From NCBI RefSeq assembly GCF_049554935.1, contig NZ_CP186926.1:992001-1056000 (forward strand): a DNA stretch of 64,000 nucleotides, in the 5' to 3' direction. Shown here one piece after another: positions 22,349-33,177 of this stretch (position 1 is its first letter; every line of letters starts with the position of its first letter). This DNA is from Methanocaldococcus indicus (GTDB lineage: Archaea > AGJL01 > Methanococci > Methanococcales > Methanocaldococcaceae). Under the pieces are notes generated by a model. That model searched no databases. It was not told the origin of the DNA and saw nothing but the letters and a program-made list of their open reading frames with translations. The position numbers and the translations under genes are program-made.

Positions 22349-23336
22349 AAAACTCCCTTAATTCATACAATTTTTTTAATGCCTTTCCAGAGTCTATTGA
22401 TTTCTCAGAAAGTTTTATTCCTTCATCTATATTCTTAGCTACTCCTGAAATATATAAAGCATAAGCTGCATTTAAAATAACTATATCTCTTTTAGCTCCT
22501 GTTTCCTCACCATTTAATATATCTAAAATTATTTTAGCATTCTCTTTTTTATTCCCTCCTTTCAATTCTGATATATCAACTTTTTTAAATCCAAAATCTT
22601 CTGGCTCTATACTATAAATATTTACTTCTCCATCTTTTAGCTCAGCTATTTTTGTTTTTCCTGTTAATGTTATCTCATCCATTCCAGAGCCATGAACAAC
22701 AAGAGCTCCATCTAAACCAAGATTTTTTAATACATATATTAACTTATCTACTAAATTTTCACTATAAACTCCTAAAAGCTGATAGTTTGCATTAGCTGGG
22801 TTAGTTAATGGACCAAGTATATTAAAGACTGTTCTAATTTTTAAATCTCTTCTAATAGGAGCTACATATTTCATAGCTTTGTGGTAAATAGGGGCAAAGA
22901 GAAAGCCTATATTTATCTTTTCAATACTTTCCTTAACCCTTTCAGGTGGAACATTTAAATTTATCCCTAACTCTTCTAAAACATCAGCACTACCACTTTT
23001 ACTACTAACTGCTCTATTCCCATGTTTAGCAACAGCTATATATGGAGAAATAACAAATGTAACTGTTGTGCTTATATTAAATGTATTTAACTTATCTCCA
23101 CCAGTCCCACAGACATCAATAAGTTTATCTACATTAGGGTAAATTTTTATAGCTTTTTCTCTCATAACTTCTGCAAAAGCTGTTATTTCATCTATGGTTT
23201 CTCCTTTCATTCTTAGAGCTGTTAATATAGCAGCTATCTCAGTATCTTTCAGCTTTCCAGACATTATATTATTCATTAAATTTTTAGCTTCTTCAATATT
23301 CAAATCTTTAAAATTAACTAATTTCTCTAATATCAT
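22338..23336 (-). CDS. trpD: anthranilate phosphoribosyltransferase
   Basis: [36 protein letters not shown]. Confidence 0.96.
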   Translation of the reverse strand: MILEKLVNFKDLNIEEAKNLMNNIMSGKLKDTEIAAILTALRMKGETIDEITAFAEVMREKAIKIYPNVDKLIDVCGTGGDKLNTFNISTTVTFVISPYIAVAKHGNRAVSSKSGSADVLEELGINLNVPPERVKESIEKINIGFLFAPIYHKAMKYVAPIRRDLKIRTVFNILGPLTNPANANYQLLGVYSENLVDKLIYVLKNLGLDGALVVHGSGMDEITLTGKTKIAELKDGEVNIYSIEPEDFGFKKVDISELKGGNKKENAKIILDILNGEETGAKRDIVILNAAYALYISGVAKNIDEGIKLSEKSIDSGKALKKLYELREFYES

Positions 23337-23401
23337 CTTATCATGCCCCTAATAGAACATTATAAAAAACAGTAATTAATATAATTTAGTAATAAAAATA
23401 A

Positions 23402-23478
23402 TGTCCCTACCCTTGGAAAACCTATAAACTTCATCGTTAGCATTACGCCAACTCAGCCAGGCCGCCTTGTGGGTAGGG
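23402..23478 (-). ncRNA. H/ACA box pseudouridylation guide sRNA (single hairpin with K-turn)
   Basis: Minus strand: CCCTACCC...GGGTAGGG basal stem followed directly by ACA; internal CTGA/GATGA K-turn capped by GTTGGC/GCTAAC stem. Confidence 0.75.
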
Positions 23479-23488
23479 TTTATAAAAA

Positions 23489-23522
23489 GGGTGGGTTCAT
23501 TCCTAACATAGGTTACCCACCC
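23489..23522. other. GC-rich hairpin adjacent to the H/ACA RNA
   Basis: GGGTGGGT...ACCCACCC stem with inner CCT/AGG stem, flanked by A/T tracts. Confidence 0.5.
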
Positions 23523-23583
23523 AAAAAAACATAATAGATATTTATATTATAAATGAAGTAAAATATATATTTTGTGGTAGAAA

Positions 23584-25011
23584 ATGGATGCCAGTAATTT
23601 AATAAAAATAGCTAATGAATTTTTAGACAATATAAAAATAATGGATAAATTAAAAAATATTGGAAATCTTAAAGATGAAGATTTAAATATATTAATTAAT
23701 GAACTTATGGAGAATATAAACTTTTTACAAGATTTAAAAAATAAGATGGAATTTTTAGAATTTGATGCTCCATATAAAAATGTTGGTAAATTAAAAGGCA
23801 CTTTAATAGATTTGCAAGATATTGCCGAATATTCATCATATATAAGGAGAATAGCAACAGAAAAAAAAGGAGTTTTAGATAGAGTAAAGTATAGTTTAGC
23901 AGCACATAAATTGGCATTAGGGCATTTAGTAGAAGATATTGGAAATAAAGATATTGTTCCACACTTACCATTAGATGGAGCTTATAAAAAGATGCTTACT
24001 GAATTACCAAAAAATTTAATAAACACATATAAAGAAATTTTAAGTCTTCTAAATCCTGATAAAAAGGTTTTTTCCTCTTATACTGTAACTTTTTTAACAT
24101 TTAAAGGAGGAAAAAAAGAATTAAAAAAAGAAAAAGTTAGTGACAAAAATTTTGAAGAATATTTAAGAGAAAAATATGGAAATGTTATTATTACATCATT
24201 CAAAAAGAACTATATTAAGAAGAAGTTAATAGATGACCAATATGTTAGAAAAACTTTAACTGTCTCTTATTTAAAAGCCTATGAAAATGACATATATAAA
24301 AAAATTGAAGAGAGATTAGATAAAACATTAACTAAGAGACAGAAAGAACTTCTAAAAAAATATTTAGATATATCTTCAAAATACAATAATAATGTTGATT
24401 TTTATGGAGGTATTGTTGATGTTAGAAATTTGGAAGAGAAGATTTTAAAAGAGATGGAACTTAAAGAAATTTTAGAAAATGAAGGTCTATATTATAGAGG
24501 ACAACCAATAGATGAGTTGAGAATAGCTTTAGAGATAAAAGATAGGATATCAAAAGAAGTAAGTAGGAACTTTATAATAGAAAAGCTTTCAGAGGATTTA
24601 TTTAAATTCTATTTATACAAAACTCCTGATGAAAGAACAAGGAGTTATATGTTTCCTTCAATAGTTGTAACTCCTGAAAAAGAAGTTTTAACTTGGATGA
24701 AAGTAGATAATATAAATGTTCCAGAAGTTTTAGATATTAAGTTTAAGTTAGAGGATATACTTCCAAAATATAACATTCCATTAAAAAATCTTGGTGGAGT
24801 TGCTTTATATTTAGTTCATGATTGGGATGTTGTTGAAAAATACAATTTTAATAAAGAAGAGATTGAAGAATTATTAAAAAAGATATCTCTAATAGAGCCT
24901 GTAAAAGAACTCTTAAAGAACAACAATATAGATATTAAAAAACTTGAAAAATATGGAAAAGTTAAGAAAGAAAAAACTAAAAAGTTCTTAAATTTACTAA
25001 AATCACTTTAA
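23584..25011 (+). CDS. conserved archaeal hypothetical protein (DUF530-like)
   Basis: 475-aa ORF with LDRVKYSLAAHKLAL, HLPLDG and FPSI motifs. Confidence 0.65.
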   Translation: MDASNLIKIANEFLDNIKIMDKLKNIGNLKDEDLNILINELMENINFLQDLKNKMEFLEFDAPYKNVGKLKGTLIDLQDIAEYSSYIRRIATEKKGVLDRVKYSLAAHKLALGHLVEDIGNKDIVPHLPLDGAYKKMLTELPKNLINTYKEILSLLNPDKKVFSSYTVTFLTFKGGKKELKKEKVSDKNFEEYLREKYGNVIITSFKKNYIKKKLIDDQYVRKTLTVSYLKAYENDIYKKIEERLDKTLTKRQKELLKKYLDISSKYNNNVDFYGGIVDVRNLEEKILKEMELKEILENEGLYYRGQPIDELRIALEIKDRISKEVSRNFIIEKLSEDLFKFYLYKTPDERTRSYMFPSIVVTPEKEVLTWMKVDNINVPEVLDIKFKLEDILPKYNIPLKNLGGVALYLVHDWDVVEKYNFNKEEIEELLKKISLIEPVKELLKNNNIDIKKLEKYGKVKKEKTKKFLNLLKSL

Positions 25012-25524
25012 TTCAGAGACTTTAACTAATGGAACTAACTCTATTCCCAAATTTTTTAAGTTTTCATAAGCTCCTTCTTCTCTATCCACAACTACATACA
25101 CTTTTTCTACATTAGCTCCAACAGCTTTTATTTCATTTATTGCCTTTATTACACTATTTCCTGTTGTTGTTACATCCTCAACAACTATAACTTTATCTCC
25201 TTCATTTAGTTCTCCTTCAATTTTGCTCTTAGTTCCATAATCTTTTGCCTTTTTTCTAACTATTATAAGTGGTTTCTGAGAGAGTATTGAGACAGCAGTA
25301 GCAATAGGAACAGAGCCCAACTCAATTCCTACAACTTTGACATCTTTATCTTTTATATCCTCACTAATTATCTCCCCTATCAACTTTAAAATCTCTGGAT
25401 TTGTTGTTGCTTTCTTTATATCTACATAGTAAGAACTCTTTTTCCCAGAAGATAATATAAATTCTCCAAATTTAATACACTCTACTTTTTTTAATAACTC
25501 TATTAATTTATCTTTCTTCTCCAT
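25003..25524 (-). CDS. pyrE: orotate phosphoribosyltransferase
   Basis: FILSSGKKSSYYVD, RKKAKDYG, VVEDVTTTG. Confidence 0.96.
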   Translation of the reverse strand: MEKKDKLIELLKKVECIKFGEFILSSGKKSSYYVDIKKATTNPEILKLIGEIISEDIKDKDVKVVGIELGSVPIATAVSILSQKPLIIVRKKAKDYGTKSKIEGELNEGDKVIVVEDVTTTGNSVIKAINEIKAVGANVEKVYVVVDREEGAYENLKNLGIELVPLVKVSELK

Positions 25525-26206
25525 TTTTATCCATCTTTATTGTTATTTTTATAGTTTTTGGATTATTGACACCTTTTAAGGATGTTATTAATCCTAAAAT
25601 TGTATTTGTAACTATTTTTGATACAAATGGAACTGTTGGAATAATTTTGTCATCAACCACAATCCTTATATTATTTGATAATACACAGTCATTCCATTTA
25701 ACTTCATTTTTTGCAAGTGCTTTTACAAATCTATAACAGTTGTATCCACAATGCCCACAGTTTAAGTTCATTGTTGGAATAATTGCTTTCTCTTCAATAA
25801 TTTTTAAAACTTCATTGATATCATAGTTGTAATCTTCAATTACATAAACAGTATGGTCATCTATAAGTTCATTCCCCTCTTTATTTATTAACATAACTAT
25901 TTTTGGAATATTTAGTTTTGTTAGTTCTTCTTTAAATCCTTCTATCAAAACAAAATCTAAATTGTAATTTAGTAAAAGAGATAATATATTTTCCAATTTT
26001 TTAGGTTTTGTGAATATTGTTGTTTTTTCATCGCTTGATAAAATAGTTACTTCTGCCCCTGAATTAAAAAATCTTTGGGTATCTCCCTTATCCTCTACAT
26101 GAGAATGCTTTACAACTCCTATTTTATAATTTGAATTTTTTAATATATTTTCTATTAGTGTTGTTTTTCCACTGTTTTTATATCCAATTATTCCAATAAC
26201 TCTCAT
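25508..26206 (-). CDS. mobB: molybdopterin-guanine dinucleotide biosynthesis protein B with Fe-S domain
   Basis: GYKNSGKTT, VVKH, LIEGFK, LNCGHCGYNC. Confidence 0.9.
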   Translation of the reverse strand: MRVIGIIGYKNSGKTTLIENILKNSNYKIGVVKHSHVEDKGDTQRFFNSGAEVTILSSDEKTTIFTKPKKLENILSLLLNYNLDFVLIEGFKEELTKLNIPKIVMLINKEGNELIDDHTVYVIEDYNYDINEVLKIIEEKAIIPTMNLNCGHCGYNCYRFVKALAKNEVKWNDCVLSNNIRIVVDDKIIPTVPFVSKIVTNTILGLITSLKGVNNPKTIKITIKMDKNGEER

Positions 26207-26262
26207 TTAATTCACCAAAAAAGATAAAAAATTATAATAGAATAAGATTAAAAATTTAATAT

Positions 26263-27570
26263 TTAAAGATATTCCTTAACTTTCTTTTTAATTCTTTTTA
26301 ATATTTCTCTGTCTGGTAGTACTCCTTCTGGTGGGTCAATAACTTTCTTTAAATCTAATGGGACTCCATCCATTCTATAAGCGGTTCCATCACACTCTAC
26401 TCCTGCTAATGCAGGAGGTAAAATAATATTTGCCAATTCAGTTGTTGGTGTTTTGTGAGGTTCTATACATATCAATGGTATTTTTGCAATATGTTCTAAA
26501 GCTTTTTGTGGGAAATGAGCTCCTGGGTCAGATGCAATATTTAGCATTGCATCAACTAATCCTCTTGTTAATAAATCTATTGCAGAGGTTTCTCCTGGAT
26601 TATAAACTGGATAACCTTTTGAGAAATCAACAGCATAAGCATATCCTGTTAGCCATGTACAAACTTGGTTGAAGCCATTAACGTTGTAGTGTCCTCTCAT
26701 TGGTGTTAAAATGAATTTAGTATATTTGTTTAAGTCAATAACCAATCTAATAGCATTGTCTATGTTTCTATGCTTACCTCTTGTCATTGTTAGACCCATA
26801 CCAAAGAAGAGAGCCCCATATTGAGCATTTTTACATAATTCAACAGTATCATAGATTAAATCAACTGGAACACCAGCTACTCTATCAACATTTAACTCTA
26901 AACCATTTAATACAGCTCTCATAGCTGCAACTAATTCATAATCTTTGTGCTGTTCAACTTTTAAATGGATGTCTGCAATTCTTGTAGTTGCTGTTTCTCT
27001 TGGGTCTACAACAACTAATGTTCTGTCTTTTCTACCTCTTTCTCTCCAATATCCTCTTGGAAATACTGGATATCTTGACATGTGTCTGGGGTGGGCGTGA
27101 ATTGGATTACATGCCCAATATATAACTAAATCAGCTCTATGGGTAGCCTCAGCTAATGTAGCAACGGGGTATCCTGAGTCCTGAACAGCCAATAATGAAG
27201 GTCCGTGTCATATAGTTGCTGTGTTGTCAATAACAGCTCCTAATAACTCAGCTAACTCTACTCCAACAATTTGTGCATGTGTTTCTGTAGAACTCCAACC
27301 ATATAAAAGAGGTCTTGTAGCTTCTGCCAATATTCTTGCTGTTTCATCTATTGCAGTGTCCCAATCAACTTTTTTAAAATCATCTCTTTTGTCTTCTCTC
27401 ATTAATGGCTCTGTATATCTAACAGCTCCTTCAAAATGCATAAATTTTGCATTTCCTATTCTACATGCATTTCTTGTTCCTACTATATGATTGTTTTCCA
27501 CTAAAATCTCTAGGTCATCACAAAGACAACCACAAAATGGACATACTACATTTTTTACAATTTTAACCAT
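26263..27570 (-). CDS. fwdB: selenocysteine-containing formylmethanofuran dehydrogenase subunit B; in-frame TGA at 27208-27210
   Basis: Two ORF-track pieces are in one frame: [10 protein letters not shown]...[19 protein letters not shown]...HPRH...MRGHYN; TGA sits at the metal-ligand Cys/Sec position. Confidence 0.93.
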
Positions 27571-27776
27571 ATTTGCCACCTTGAATAATTAAATTTTATA
27601 ATATATGTGATGGACTAAACTATTTGGATGTTATTGTATTTATCCTCAATTTTTTTATATATAATTTAGCATTAGCTCCATAAATATATGATATTAGAAT
27701 CTTAAATAATATGCTATAACTATAAATAATCTAAACTATAATTTTAATTGAATAAAATTATGTAATGAGGTTTTAG

Positions 27777-28550
<774 letters not shown>

Positions 28551-28552
28551 TT

Positions 28553-28858
28553 ATGAATCCTAAAAAAGTTTGGAGAGAGTTGTTGGAGATTGCTAAGGAG
28601 TATTATGATGAGGATAAAATTTTTTATTCTAAAACTAAAAGAGGAATTTATAGAATTGAATATTTTAATAAAGATAAAATAGTTATAAAACTATTAAAAG
28701 GAAAAAGTGAAGAAGTTTTAGGAAAAAAGAGATTTTTAGATAATTTTGATAATCTTGTCTATGGAGTTGATTGGAATGTTTCACCTGCAATTAAATCTTT
28801 TTTAAAATTACATCCTAAAATAGAAGAGAAGGATGGAGTTCTAATTCTAAGATATTAA
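28553..28858 (+). CDS. hypothetical protein
   Basis: 101-aa ORF 2 bp after thi4. Confidence 0.7.
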   Translation: MNPKKVWRELLEIAKEYYDEDKIFYSKTKRGIYRIEYFNKDKIVIKLLKGKSEEVLGKKRFLDNFDNLVYGVDWNVSPAIKSFLKLHPKIEEKDGVLILRY

Positions 28859-28995
28859 TTTTTAAATAAATGTTTATGTGCTTTATTAACATGTTTTGTG
28901 TAGCTTTTAGCATTTTTAAATAATCTTCCACATCTTGGGCATCTTAAAAAGGTATCTCCATACTTGTTAGTTATTTTTTCTGCTTTTAATCTCAA
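28855..28995 (-). CDS. 46-aa C2H2 zinc-finger microprotein
   Basis: GGAGGTGA RBS, TTG start, [46 protein letters not shown]. Confidence 0.85.
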   Translation of the reverse strand: MRLKAEKITNKYGDTFLRCPRCGRLFKNAKSYTKHVNKAHKHLFKN

Positions 28996-29046
28996 AGTTT
29001 CACCTCCCAACAAATTTTTTTATTATTATATTGTAAATAAATGTTT

Positions 29047-29331
29047 TTATTGTTCATTTAATATTTTGTTTATATCCTCTTCCAACATATGACCTTCAAC
29101 TTTAACCTCAACTTTTTTAACGCCATCTAATGACTTAACAACATCCTTAGCTTGCATTGCCATACCTAAAATACTCATACAGGCTGGATTTGTTGGGATA
29201 ATTTTAAATGATACATTTCCTTCTTCATCAACTTCAACATCCTTAACTAATCCCATATCTACAATACTAATTCCCATGTGTGGGTCAGCTACTTTTTTTA
29301 AAGCATTTATAACCTCATCCTTACTAACCAA
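29047..29331 (-). CDS. DUF59/SufT-like metal-sulfur cluster assembly factor
   Basis: VADPHMGISIVDMGLV, PTNPAC. Confidence 0.9.
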   Translation of the reverse strand: MVSKDEVINALKKVADPHMGISIVDMGLVKDVEVDEEGNVSFKIIPTNPACMSILGMAMQAKDVVKSLDGVKKVEVKVEGHMLEEDINKILNEQ

Positions 29332-29356
29332 ATTATTCACCAAATAATAACTAATT

Positions 29357-29746
29357 TTAGTAAATTAATCTTTTATTTACATAAGAGAAGAGACTTTCTA
29401 TATCTCTAATACCACTACCAGTATAAATAAATATCTCTCTCCTAATTTTGGTATTTACTTTTATACCTCTATGTCTAAACTCTTCAACAATAGCTTTAGC
29501 TAAAAGTTTTCCTCTTCTATCAAAATCTGTCATTAAGATAACTTCCTTAATTCTTCTTTTAATCAGTTCATCAGCAATAATATAGACTGGTAGCTTTCCA
29601 ATTATTATATATTCTCCTTCAACTCCTAATTTTTCTAAGCTTTCAACATCTTTTTTACCTTCCACAATTATTGGCTTATCCTCAGCTTCAATTTTTAGCT
29701 CTTCTATAACCTCCAAAAGTTTTTCAAATAGTTCATCTCTCAACAT
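29357..29746 (-). CDS. small TOPRIM-domain protein (UPF0292-like)
   Basis: IIVEGKKD, MTDFDRRG, DIES. Confidence 0.88.
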   Translation of the reverse strand: MLRDELFEKLLEVIEELKIEAEDKPIIVEGKKDVESLEKLGVEGEYIIIGKLPVYIIADELIKRRIKEVILMTDFDRRGKLLAKAIVEEFRHRGIKVNTKIRREIFIYTGSGIRDIESLFSYVNKRLIY

Positions 29747-29773
29747 ATTTATTTTACACCAAAAAATATTTTT

Positions 29774-31810
29774 TTAATATTTTAATATTGGTTCAAGTAT
29801 TTTGTATTCATCTTTTGCAATATTTTTTAATATCTTTTTTGTTAAAATTTTCTCTTCATTTGATAAATATGGAAACTTCATAGCTAATATATATATAAAT
29901 TCATTTAATAAATCAGGATTTTTTCTACTTATGTAGTGTAGAATCTCTAATGTATATTTTCTTTTATCTGAATTTAAGAATTCTTCTAACATTCTTAGAT
30001 AGTTAGGATATTTTTCTAAAGTTTTATATATAATTTCTAAAATATCATTTTTTTCTCCAAATTTTAGTTCAGATATTAAAATTGGTAAAATTATTGGAGA
30101 TTGATAATTTTTGAAGAACTTTATAATTCTCTTTCTAATGTCTCTATTATTGGATGATAATAGCTCAGCCATCTTAGGAACTAAAAGCTCTAAATCATCA
30201 TTATTTAAGATATTTTCAGAATAAAATCTTTCAATTGCATTTACAAATGCTAAATTTGAATAATATCCATTAGCCAACTCTATAATCTCTCCAAGTTTTT
30301 CAGTTAAATTTAACATAGCATATATATTTATCTTACTTGCATTTAATATGTCTGTATTTTCAATTTTAATATTGTCAATTATATTAAGAACTTTATTTAT
30401 ATATTTATAATCAAGATTTTTTATAAGTTTATCTAAGAAGTATATAAGTTCTCCATTTTTCTTTAATTCATCCAAAAATTTATCTACATCAATTAAATTA
30501 ATATTTTTCTCTCCAATTAAAGATATTGTTACATATAAGTCATAGCCTAACTTTTCTTTTATATTTAAAGATTCATAATGAATATTGTTTTCTAAGCATA
30601 TCTTAGCAATTATTTCCTCAATAAGATTTAAAATTGTATTACATTTTTTTATTTCATCTTCAATATATAGCATATGTCTAAATCCACCTAAGAATTTCTC
30701 TTCTTCCAATTTATCAATATATTTGCTTGTTTTTTTATGCTTTTCTATTAAGAAAGGTAGCATATCTTTGTTACAAAATTCTTTTAATATTCTTAATGAA
30801 GATATATTTATAGTGGGATTTACAGTTTTAGCATGTTTATATGCTCTATTTAATATATAGTCCAACAATTTCTTATCTTCCCTCCCAATCTTCTTTAATT
30901 CATTTATTGCAGCAGTTTTTGCTTTTCCATTTCCAATAGTTAAAAACTTAAATAACAAATCTATTTTAAATTTTGAATTATCTAATAAGGATATTAACTT
31001 AACTCCAACAAATTGAGTATTTTCATCAAAAACATATAAAAATTTTTTTAAAAATCCCTCCTTATAAAATTCAATTGTTATTTTAATTTCTTTTCTTTCA
31101 ATTATTTTTAATGCTCTTTTTTCATCTTTATTTAATAATTCTATTATTTTTTTCTCATCTAACTCAGTATTAATATTTAATTTTTCAAATAATTCACATA
31201 ATTTTTTATACATATATTTAGAGCTATCTCCCAACAATAAAATATCTAAATTTTCTCTAAGATAATTTTTATCCAATTTATCCAAATATTTTAATATAAT
31301 GTTTATAGCTAATTTTCTTTCAGATAGGTCATTAGAATAAAGTTTTTTCAATAAAGCTTTTGTTATTTGATTTGGATATTCATCCAATAGATTTTTAATA
31401 GCTTTATCAAAACTGTCATTATCTTTTAAAAGAGCTTTATAGAATATATTTTCTGGCTTAGCATATAATAAATAATAATAAACAATATATCCAGATTTAT
31501 AGGAAGTTAATTTCAATATTGCTCTTTCATCATTTTCCTCTTTTGTTAATCTTTTAATAGTTGCCAATGATTCTCTATATATAAATTTATTTTTATAGTT
31601 TAGTCCTTCTAAAACATATTTTATATATCTTAAAACAATTTCATCATCCAACCTTTTTAACAAAGTTAGAGCTCTTCTAAAATCATCTATATTGTCTGAT
31701 AAAAATAAGGTTTCTAAATATTTTGAAAGATTTTTATTCTTTTTTATTTCTTTTGCTAATTTGTAGTAATTTCCTGAATATAACAAATTAAAGAATTCAT
31801 ATTCATTCAT
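29774..31810 (-). CDS. large HEAT/ARM-repeat-like hypothetical protein
   Basis: 678-aa all-helical Leu/Ile/Lys-rich ORF with HEAT-like periodicity. Confidence 0.6.
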   Translation of the reverse strand: MNEYEFFNLLYSGNYYKLAKEIKKNKNLSKYLETLFLSDNIDDFRRALTLLKRLDDEIVLRYIKYVLEGLNYKNKFIYRESLATIKRLTKEENDERAILKLTSYKSGYIVYYYLLYAKPENIFYKALLKDNDSFDKAIKNLLDEYPNQITKALLKKLYSNDLSERKLAINIILKYLDKLDKNYLRENLDILLLGDSSKYMYKKLCELFEKLNINTELDEKKIIELLNKDEKRALKIIERKEIKITIEFYKEGFLKKFLYVFDENTQFVGVKLISLLDNSKFKIDLLFKFLTIGNGKAKTAAINELKKIGREDKKLLDYILNRAYKHAKTVNPTINISSLRILKEFCNKDMLPFLIEKHKKTSKYIDKLEEEKFLGGFRHMLYIEDEIKKCNTILNLIEEIIAKICLENNIHYESLNIKEKLGYDLYVTISLIGEKNINLIDVDKFLDELKKNGELIYFLDKLIKNLDYKYINKVLNIIDNIKIENTDILNASKINIYAMLNLTEKLGEIIELANGYYSNLAFVNAIERFYSENILNNDDLELLVPKMAELLSSNNRDIRKRIIKFFKNYQSPIILPILISELKFGEKNDILEIIYKTLEKYPNYLRMLEEFLNSDKRKYTLEILHYISRKNPDLLNEFIYILAMKFPYLSNEEKILTKKILKNIAKDEYKILEPILKY

Positions 31811-31818
31811 AAAAATCC

Positions 31819-33141
31819 CTATATTTTGTAAATATATTTATTTTTGGAATATTCTTCTTTAATTAAACCACAAAAAACTAACTTATATAGCTCTTCATTA
31901 AATTCTTTTGTTGTTAATCCAGAATCTTTTGCTAATTCTAAAAATCTACCTTTTCCTTCAATAATTTTGAATTCATTAATTATTCTTAATACTTCACTTG
32001 AATAATTTTTATCTAATTCCTTAAATATTAAATTTTTTATTTCTTTTATATTTATATCTCTATTTTTTGAGTACATACATACTTTCCATAAATCCCTCTC
32101 AGCCAATTTTAAGCTATTTGCTATTTTGGAGATGTTGTCTAATTTATCAACTTTATTATCTGAAAGTATGTATATATTATGTTCTTCAATTTTAGGAAGT
32201 GGATATATATCTATAAATATGTCATATCCAAAAATATTCTTTAACTTTTCCTCTAACTTTAATATCTCCTTCTCATCAATATTTACAAGTATCCATCTTT
32301 GCTTTGGAGTTAATTCATTGTAAGAGAACTCTAAAACTTTTTTATACAATTCTCTCCTATCAATAAAATTCATTAAATAGTTTTCACAACTCCTTAATCT
32401 TGAAACTAAATCAATATCATCCATATATTTTAACTCTTCAATATTTAAATTATTATTTTTAATTTCTTCTATAACAGCCCTCTTCAGCATTGTATTTACA
32501 ATTCTGACAGTTTTGTGCATATAAACAGCTGAATACATTTGATGTCTTGCTACTAATAAGGACTCAATAGCTTGAATTCCTTTTTTAATTACACCTATCT
32601 TAACCTTACCAAAGTATTCAAAAGTTTTTAAACTTCTTATTATTCTTGGTAAATCTATGAGTCCATAAGCTGTCCCAGTATGATAACTATCTCTTAATAA
32701 ATAATCCATTCTATCAGCATCTACATCCCCAGAGATTATTTCACTTTCTAATCTTTTTCCACTTAATACATCTAAAATCTCTTTATTGCTAAAAACTCCT
32801 AAATCCATTTTTTTTATAATTTTTTTACCAACCTTTTCATGATTGTAATTTAAAATTTCTAAGGTATGTGAAAATGGAGGATGTCCAATATCATGTAAAA
32901 GAGCACTTATCTTAACCAACTCTATATCAATATCATCAATTTTTTCAGCTATTTTTTGAGAAATAAACATTGTACCTAAAGAATGCTCAAATCTTGTATG
33001 ATTTGCAGAAGGATAAACAAGATTAGCTAAACCTAACTGTTTTATATTTCTTAACCTTTGGAATTCTTCACTATCTATAATTTTAAGTATTTCATCTTCA
33101 ATATAAATATCTTTATGAATGCTATCTCTTATAACTTTCAT
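31819..33141 (-). CDS. HD-domain phosphohydrolase (dNTPase/SAMHD1-like)
   Basis: FQRLRNIKQLG, HTRFEHSLG, LHDIGHPPFSH, DADRMDYLLRD. Confidence 0.9.
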   Translation of the reverse strand: MKVIRDSIHKDIYIEDEILKIIDSEEFQRLRNIKQLGLANLVYPSANHTRFEHSLGTMFISQKIAEKIDDIDIELVKISALLHDIGHPPFSHTLEILNYNHEKVGKKIIKKMDLGVFSNKEILDVLSGKRLESEIISGDVDADRMDYLLRDSYHTGTAYGLIDLPRIIRSLKTFEYFGKVKIGVIKKGIQAIESLLVARHQMYSAVYMHKTVRIVNTMLKRAVIEEIKNNNLNIEELKYMDDIDLVSRLRSCENYLMNFIDRRELYKKVLEFSYNELTPKQRWILVNIDEKEILKLEEKLKNIFGYDIFIDIYPLPKIEEHNIYILSDNKVDKLDNISKIANSLKLAERDLWKVCMYSKNRDINIKEIKNLIFKELDKNYSSEVLRIINEFKIIEGKGRFLELAKDSGLTTKEFNEELYKLVFCGLIKEEYSKNKYIYKI

Positions 33142-33177
33142 ATTCATCCACAATAATAAATAAAAAAATTTTATTTT

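Noticed and set aside
23489-23522. GC hairpin as the SECIS for fwdB
   Set aside because: 2.7 kb downstream beyond a convergent gene, and lacks the GAA/A bulge with a three-GC-pair apical stem
27208-27210. fwdB as a pseudogene split by a nonsense codon
   Set aside because: TGA falls exactly on the metal-ligand residue with both halves in frame and conserved; Sec recoding is the established explanation
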